A DNA stretch of 64,000 bases from a candidate division FCPU426 bacterium (GTDB lineage Bacteria > Oederibacteriota > Muellerivitia > Muellerivitales > Muellerivitaceae), in the NCBI GenBank assembly GCA_963771075.1, contig CAVYSE010000020.1, forward strand, positions 1-64,000, read 5' to 3'. A program made the translations under genes and the position numbers. The notes beneath the pieces are model-generated. The model searched no databases. It worked only from the letters and a program-made list of their open reading frames with translations, and was not told the DNA's origin. Shown one piece after another: positions 57,904-64,000 of this stretch; positions within the stretch are counted from its first letter, which is position 1, and the number at the start of each line of letters is the position of its first letter.

Positions 57904-59909
57904 TTGAACCTATTTACGGCTTGGTGGAAAAATCTGGGGGAGGGCGAAGAGCTCAACCTCGAAATCCTGGAAGGGGAGCGTTTTAATTTCGTCTCCGCCT
58001 TTTTGATCTCGGATGTTTTGATCAACGGCATTTACGTCTTCTGGCGGGTTTATAACCGCCTTCCTTACGCCTGGTTCCCCCTTGTGGCGGGCCTGGCCAC
58101 CCTGGCCCTCTGGGCTTGGCTCCAATGGAAACCCTACCACCGGACCTGGGTGATCCGGCTTTCACTCGTTGAGATATTGCTGTTCATCGTGACCGAACCC
58201 GGTTTTTGGGACCCCGGTTATTTCCCGCCCACCATGGTTTTTTTGCCGTTGCTGCCCTTTCTCGCCCTCCTTCTGGATGGCCCCCGAACGGGCCTTTGGA
58301 TCATGCTCTTAGAATGCGTCGTTTTTTTCCTGTACGTTGATACCGTCCCCACCCTCGACATTCGTGAAAGCCAAATGCGCCTGAATTTTTTCCTGATGCT
58401 CGTTGGTTTTTTTTGGCTGGGCTGGCTGGCCTGGCGCCAGTTCAACCGGCTGACCGCCCTCCAGAGGGAGAACGCCGGGATTTTAAAAACCCTTAACGAG
58501 GAAAGCGGCCGGAACCTGAAAAATGTCTTTGAGGTCCTGGAGGAGCGGGTGGAGGGGTTGGACCTGCTGCTGGGGGGGAGAGCATCCCGCCCCTTTCCCT
58601 GATCGCGGGAAGAATCCGGGACATGACGGAGGTGTTAACCGGGTTTAAACGGCAATCCCCAGGCATTTACGAAAATCGGCCCATTCCCGCCCGGACGGAT
58701 CTACTGGAGACAACCCGCCTCATCATCGTGAGGGTCTTCACCGATCTTTTGTTGGTCATGTTGGTGATCGCCATTATTCACAATTTGATGGCCTATCACC
58801 GGCCGTGGCGTACCCTCATTTGTTTTTTCATACCCCTGGGTCTCTTCTTTCTTTTCCGGTGCTTCCTGGTCCGGCGCGTTCATTGGAACGATTCCCTCTC
58901 CTGGATTTTCCTGATTCTCTTTTACGCCAATTTCATTTCGGGTTATTTTTATTGGGGTTGGCTCGTCCCGGCGCCCGCGGTCATTTGCCTTCCCGCGGTG
59001 ATCCTCACGGCCACCCTCTTGGAGGTGTCGGGGGGGTGGTTGAGCGCCGTCGGGGTGGGCCTCTGCTGGCTGGTCTACCTGGTTTATTACTTCTCGCCCG
59101 CTCCCCGGACTCTGCTCGAGACCAAGCTCCTTTTAACCCTGATGTTGTTGACGCCGGTCGTCCTGGCCGCAGGCTGGGCCTTTTGGCGCCTGAGGGGAAA
59201 ACTGACCCGGGAACTGGAGACCCAAAACGAGAATTACCGGCGGTCGCTGAATGTCCGGAGGCGCCTTCTGGGCACCCTGCTTCACGACCTCGCCAACCCC
59301 CTCACCGCCTTGCAACTCCATTTGACCCTTCAATCGACCTCGGCGGATGTGAGCCAGGTCCGCGACCTCAACCGGCGCATGCTGAACATCCTCAAGAACA
59401 GCCGCGACCTGTTGGACTCGGAAGACCAGGCCTCGCCCAACCGGCTGGGCCACATGGGTTGGGGCACCTTGGTGGAGAGGATCCGGCAGGTTTTTGGGGG
59501 GCGGCTGGAACAAAAGGGGATGACACTGAGGCTCCAGGGCGACCCTGACTTGAGGTTCATCTGCCTCCCCGATGTGCTTTGCGATTCGGTAATGGCCAAC
59601 CTGGTCTCCAACGCCTTGAAGTTTTCCAACCGGGGCGGAACCATCGAGATCACCTGCGCGGCCGCCGGAGCCCAGGTCCGAATTCGGGTGGCCGACCGGG
59701 GGCCGGGAATACCCGAGGGGCAATTGGATGATTTCCGCAAGGGCCGCCATTTGAAATCGGGCACCGGCAGCGAGGGTGAGCAGGGTACGGGCTTAGGGCT
59801 GCTCCTGGCCCGCGATTACACGCGATTCATGGGAGGGGAACTGGATTTAGGCGTCCGGGAAGGCGGTGGCACGGAGGCGAACCTGCGCTTAAGGAAATAC
59901 GACCCCTAG
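57904..59909 (+). CDS. Paralogous histidine kinase HK2 (one frameshift in a G7 run near 58572-58578)
   Basis: ORFs 57904..58602 and 58623..59909 align along HK1; HDLANPL, NLVSNALKF, DRGPGI, GTGLGL. Confidence 0.88.
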
Positions 59910-60155
59910 ATCATCGAGTTAAGGTACGGCGCTTTTGGCTTAAGACTCCTGATAAACCGAGGGGGCTGTTCGATCGTAGGCCGATCCCATTGTTCGGTGG
60001 TTTGGCTTTGGATGCGATTTTTCCGCTTCCGCATTTACCGCACCGCGAATCCCTGGCCAGCGAGGCATCCCACCCGGCCATCCGGCTCCCTGAAGGAGAG
60101 GCTATAAGGGATTTCGCCAAGCTTGAACGGCCGTTCATCCGTTATCGGTTTGCCG

Positions 60156-61424
60156 CTAATGATCCTTCGGCACCGACAGGGCTAAGAGGCCCGCGAACAG
60201 CAGGGTCAAGGCCAAGGCCAACATGCCGTATTCGAAACGCTGGGTCGCCTCCTTGATATAACCGATGATATTGGGCCCCACGAAGCCGCCCAGGTTTCCC
60301 ACCGAGTTGATCAGGGCCAAGCCTCCCGCGGCGGAACGCCCGCTCAAGAAGCCCGCCGGCAAACTCCAGAAGGGTCCCAGGGTGCTCCAGATGCCGGTGG
60401 CGGCCGCGCAAAGCGCGAAGAAAGCCAGAAGGGGATGGCCCGCTTGGAAGGCCGCTCCCAACCCCAGGGCCGCTGACGCCCCAAAAGCGCATAGGGCCAG
60501 ATGCCATCTTCTTTCACCGGTTGCGTCCGAGCTACGGGCGACCCACACCATCCCGATGGAGGCGCAAAGGTAGGGCAGGGCGGATATCAGGGCCACCGTT
60601 GCGTTGCCAAGCCCGGAAAAGTTCTTCACGATCTGGGGAAGCCAGAAAGCCACTCCGTAAAAACCGATGACGATGGAAAAATAAAGCCCGCAAAGCCTCC
60701 AGACCCTGGGATGAGTCAGGGTTTCCCACAGCGAATAGGGATGCCTGGTCTCAATCTCTTTTTTCTCTTTCTCCATCATTTCCTGAAGCAGGGTCCTTTC
60801 CTCCGCCGTAAGCCACGGGGCCTTTTCCGGGTTGTCGGCCAGGTAAAAGTAGGTCGTGAAACCCAGCAACAAGGAGGGGACGCCTTCCAAAAGAAAGAGC
60901 CATTGCCAACCCATCAGGGACCCGATTCCCCGCATTTGGAGAAGCGCCGCCGAAAGGGGCCCGCCGACGACTCCGGCTAAGGATGTGGAAGTCAAAAAAA
61001 GGGCGAAGGTTCTTGCCCTTTCCCGGGCGGGAATCCAATAGGTGAGGTACAGCAGGATGCCGGGAAAGAAGCCCGCTTCGGCGATCCCCAAAAGCAGGCG
61101 AAGGGCGTAGAAACTGGCGGGAGTTTTGACGAACATCATGCAGGAGGAAACCAGGCCCCAGGTGACCATGATGCGGGTGATCCAGACCCGGGCACCCAGC
61201 CTTTGCATCATCAGGTTGCTGGGGATCTCAAAGAGGACATAACCGATGAAAAAGATGCCGGCCCCCAGGCTGTAGGCGGTATCGCTGAATTGAAGGTCGG
61301 ATTTCATTTCCAGGGCCGCGAAGCTGATGTTGAACCGGTCCAGGTAATTGAGGATGTAGCAAAGAAAAAGATAGGGGATCAGGCGCCAGGAAACCTTGGC
61401 GACGACGTGTTTTTCCAGGTCCAT
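60156..61424 (-). CDS. MFS transporter, anion:cation symporter (ACS)-like
   Basis: LNYLDRFNISFA; FFIGYVLFEIPSN; LRLLLGIAEAGFFPG; INSVGNLGGFVGP. Confidence 0.92.
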   Translation of the reverse strand: MDLEKHVVAKVSWRLIPYLFLCYILNYLDRFNISFAALEMKSDLQFSDTAYSLGAGIFFIGYVLFEIPSNLMMQRLGARVWITRIMVTWGLVSSCMMFVKTPASFYALRLLLGIAEAGFFPGILLYLTYWIPARERARTFALFLTSTSLAGVVGGPLSAALLQMRGIGSLMGWQWLFLLEGVPSLLLGFTTYFYLADNPEKAPWLTAEERTLLQEMMEKEKKEIETRHPYSLWETLTHPRVWRLCGLYFSIVIGFYGVAFWLPQIVKNFSGLGNATVALISALPYLCASIGMVWVARSSDATGERRWHLALCAFGASAALGLGAAFQAGHPLLAFFALCAAATGIWSTLGPFWSLPAGFLSGRSAAGGLALINSVGNLGGFVGPNIIGYIKEATQRFEYGMLALALTLLFAGLLALSVPKDH

Positions 61425-61518
61425 GGCCGCTCCCCGTGAAAATGGATGCGCCGACATTGTAGCCTCGGGTTGATCGGGTTGGTATCCTAGCCTGGAAATC
61501 GGAAAGGGTTCCACGCAA

Positions 61519-62697
61519 TTGGAGAATGAATTCCCATCGGGCGTTCGGAAGAATATGGCGGGCCTTTTGATCCTGACCCTTTTGGCGGGTTTGGGCGAAA
61601 GGCTGGGCGAGCGCTTTTTTCCCATTTATCTTTTGGCCCTGGGCGGCGGCGTTTACGCGGTCGGCCTGCTGGGGTTCTTCCAAAACCTGCTTTCGGCCTT
61701 CGCTTCCTATCCGGCGGGCTGGATGGCGGACAAGTGGGGCGGTAGGAAAACACTCCTTTTTTTCACCCTCCTCGCCTCGGCGGGTTATACCTTGGCCGCC
61801 TTCGCCAACCAATGGTTCCTGGCGGTACTGGGTTCTGTCCTTTTTCTTTCCTGGTCCGCCGTTTCCACCCCCGCTGTCCTGGGCGTAGTCTCAAAGGTAC
61901 TTCCTTCGAAGAAAAGGACCCTGGGCGTCGCCCTGCATTCCCTGGTACGCCGGGTGCCCATGGCTCTTGGTCCCGTCATCGCGGGTTTGTTGATGGCGGC
62001 TTATGGCGAAAAAACGGGGCTTCGCCTGTCTTTTTTAATGGCGCTGGTTTGCTGCGGGGCAGGCGGGCTTTTCCTATGGCTTTTATTGAAGTCGGATGAC
62101 CCCCAAGAGGAAAAGGCGGTGGGTAACCCCAAAAGTCTTTTCAAGATGATGGACCCCCGCCTGAAGAACCTTCTTTTATCCGATATCCTGATCCGTTTTT
62201 GCGAGCAGATTCCCTATCCCTTCGTGGTGATCTGGTGCCTGAAAACAATCGCCCATCCCCTTTCGGCCCCTCAATTCGGGGCCTTGACGGCCATCGAGAT
62301 GGCCACAGCCTTCCTGATCTACCTGCCCATTGCCCGATTGGCCGACCAGGCGGGGAAGAGGCCTTTTGTCCTGGTAACCTTCGTGTTTTTTTCGGCTTTC
62401 CCCCTCTTCCTTTACTACAGCCAGTCCTTGGGATGGCTGGTGGCGGCTTTCGTGTTGAGGGGCTTCAAGGAATTCGGGGAACCGGCGCGCAAAGCTTTGA
62501 TCTTGGACCTCTCCCCCTCGGACCAGAAATCGGGAATGTTCGGGTTTTATTACTTGATGAGGGATTCGGTGGTCTCCCTGGCCTCCCTGGGCGGGGCCTT
62601 CTTGTGGAACATCGGCCCTCAATACAACCTCTTCGTCGCCTTTGGGTTCGGGCTTTTAGGTACCCTTTGGTTCGTAATGAAGGGACGGGATGTTTGA
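61519..62697 (+). CDS. MFS transporter
   Basis: Motif A GWMADKWGGRK and second-half LADQAGKRP; about 12 TM helices. Confidence 0.88.
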   Translation: MENEFPSGVRKNMAGLLILTLLAGLGERLGERFFPIYLLALGGGVYAVGLLGFFQNLLSAFASYPAGWMADKWGGRKTLLFFTLLASAGYTLAAFANQWFLAVLGSVLFLSWSAVSTPAVLGVVSKVLPSKKRTLGVALHSLVRRVPMALGPVIAGLLMAAYGEKTGLRLSFLMALVCCGAGGLFLWLLLKSDDPQEEKAVGNPKSLFKMMDPRLKNLLLSDILIRFCEQIPYPFVVIWCLKTIAHPLSAPQFGALTAIEMATAFLIYLPIARLADQAGKRPFVLVTFVFFSAFPLFLYYSQSLGWLVAAFVLRGFKEFGEPARKALILDLSPSDQKSGMFGFYYLMRDSVVSLASLGGAFLWNIGPQYNLFVAFGFGLLGTLWFVMKGRDV

Positions 62698-62793
62698 GAG
62701 GATTGATTGGGGCGCTGAAAGGGGACCAGGAGCTATGGGATGAAGACCCTGGACGATTTGTTCACAACCCATTTTGGAAAAGAGTGAGGCTAA

Positions 62794-63657
62794 ATGAAAG
62801 AAGTTTGGACAACCCACAAGGCGATTCAATGGGCGGTACCGCTTTTAAAACAAAGGCAAGTTTGGAATCCCCGGTTTAGCGCGATCAGCTTGGTCGCTCT
62901 AGGATTGGGGGTCGACCCCATTCATCTCCATCTGCAATTCAACCGGCGATTGAAACCGGTCGAACTGAAACGAATCCGGGGATATATCCGTCGGCGGATG
63001 GGCAATGAACCCCTGGAATATATCCTCGGGGAGACGCATTTTTTCGGGTTTCCCTTCAAGGTAACACCGGCGGTGCTAAGGCCCCGGCCTGAAACCGGTC
63101 GGCTGGTGGAATTGGCACTGGATTACCTGGCGACCCTCCCAGAGGAAAAACGCAAGGTCCTGGATTTGGGAACCGGATGCGGTTGTATCGCGGTTTCCGT
63201 CGCCCGATATATTCCCTGCAAGGTTTGGGCGGTGGATATATCGGGGAAGGCATTGGCGGTCGCAAAAGAGAATGCCGATAAGTTGGGTGTCGGGAAGGCC
63301 GTTCAATGGCGGAAGGGAAGCTGGTTTTCGGCCTTGAAAAATACGGATCCGGCGCAATTTCAGGTCATCCTCTGTAATCCGCCTTATATCGCCGGCTTTG
63401 ATAAAAAGATTTTGAATAGGGAAATTACTTCGTATGAGCCGACGGTAGCCGTCTTTGGGGGCATATCGGGCTTGAAACCCTACCAGGAAATAGCACGGGG
63501 GTTCGAAAAATGGCTGTCCCCTGGAGGAAAAGCCTTCTTGGAACTGGAGCCCATTCGGGCGGGGAAGATCAGGTCATTATTTAAGAATCAAGCCCGTAAA
63601 AGCTCATTTGGCATGGATGATTACGGGGTGAAACGGGTTTTGGTTTTGGAAAATTAG
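62794..63657 (+). CDS. prmC: HemK/PrmC-family N5-glutamine methyltransferase
   Basis: EPLEYILG; PRPET; VLDLGTGCGCIA; NPPY. Confidence 0.85.
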   Translation: MKEVWTTHKAIQWAVPLLKQRQVWNPRFSAISLVALGLGVDPIHLHLQFNRRLKPVELKRIRGYIRRRMGNEPLEYILGETHFFGFPFKVTPAVLRPRPETGRLVELALDYLATLPEEKRKVLDLGTGCGCIAVSVARYIPCKVWAVDISGKALAVAKENADKLGVGKAVQWRKGSWFSALKNTDPAQFQVILCNPPYIAGFDKKILNREITSYEPTVAVFGGISGLKPYQEIARGFEKWLSPGGKAFLELEPIRAGKIRSLFKNQARKSSFGMDDYGVKRVLVLEN

Positions 63658-63704
63658 ATTTCGGATGTTGAGGTTACCATCATTCGTTTAGAGAACAGTT
63701 ATTT

Positions 63705-63950
63705 TCAAGAAGGAACGAAAACCTCGAGGGGAACCCTCTTGTCGACCTTTCCGTTCTTGCAACGGTAGGTGATCTCCTTGGTGGCTGGGTCGTAATCCAA
63801 CAATGTGACGATTTTGAGTTCGGTCTTTTCCGCCACACTGACCGAGCCCGATAGACCCCTTAAAGGAACCTGTTGATCCTTGGCGTATTTCACGACAACC
63901 TTTTTACCTAACCGGCACACGACCAGCTCGACGGGGATTAATTTTTCCAT
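63705..63950 (-). CDS. Small hypothetical protein (may extend beyond the window end)
   Basis: 81-aa ORF; no motif recognised. Confidence 0.45.
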   Translation of the reverse strand: MEKLIPVELVVCRLGKKVVVKYAKDQQVPLRGLSGSVSVAEKTELKIVTLLDYDPATKEITYRCKNGKVDKRVPLEVFVPS

Positions 63951-64000
63951 TTTGTTCTTTTCCTCGCTTTCCTTGGCGTTACCCGCCCCAAAAACACCCG

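Noticed and set aside
1..64000. tRNA, rRNA, prophage or defence genes
   Set aside because: None recognised by eye; a covariance-model scan would be needed to exclude small RNAs.

Overview
GC-rich diderm bacterial window dominated by cell-surface and secretion genes. In order: the 3' end of an IS4-family element; three tandem giant autotransporters with an unusual Gly-rich repeat passenger (1.2-22.6 kb); TPR, outer-membrane and lipoprotein genes, including an AT-rich patch; a membrane thioredoxin beside two Cys-rich lipoproteins that share a duplicated promoter plus signal-peptide cassette; a ~1.5-kb non-coding region of repeated motifs and palindromes next to a 13-codon Lys-rich micro-gene; an ECF sigma / FlgD-Ig anti-sigma / giant Thr-Pro-linked cargo / PorV-like barrel module; a trimeric autotransporter with Sel1 and PilZ neighbours; a GH16 cargo; a GT-C-like membrane protein; two tandem histidine kinases with an internally duplicated architecture whose first DHp-like helix has Glu at the His position; two MFS transporters; and prmC. 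Many genes are split by frameshifts, and most of those checked by hand are single-base deletions in homopolymer runs, so they are probably long-read errors. All family calls come from motif recognition by eye; no database search was run.
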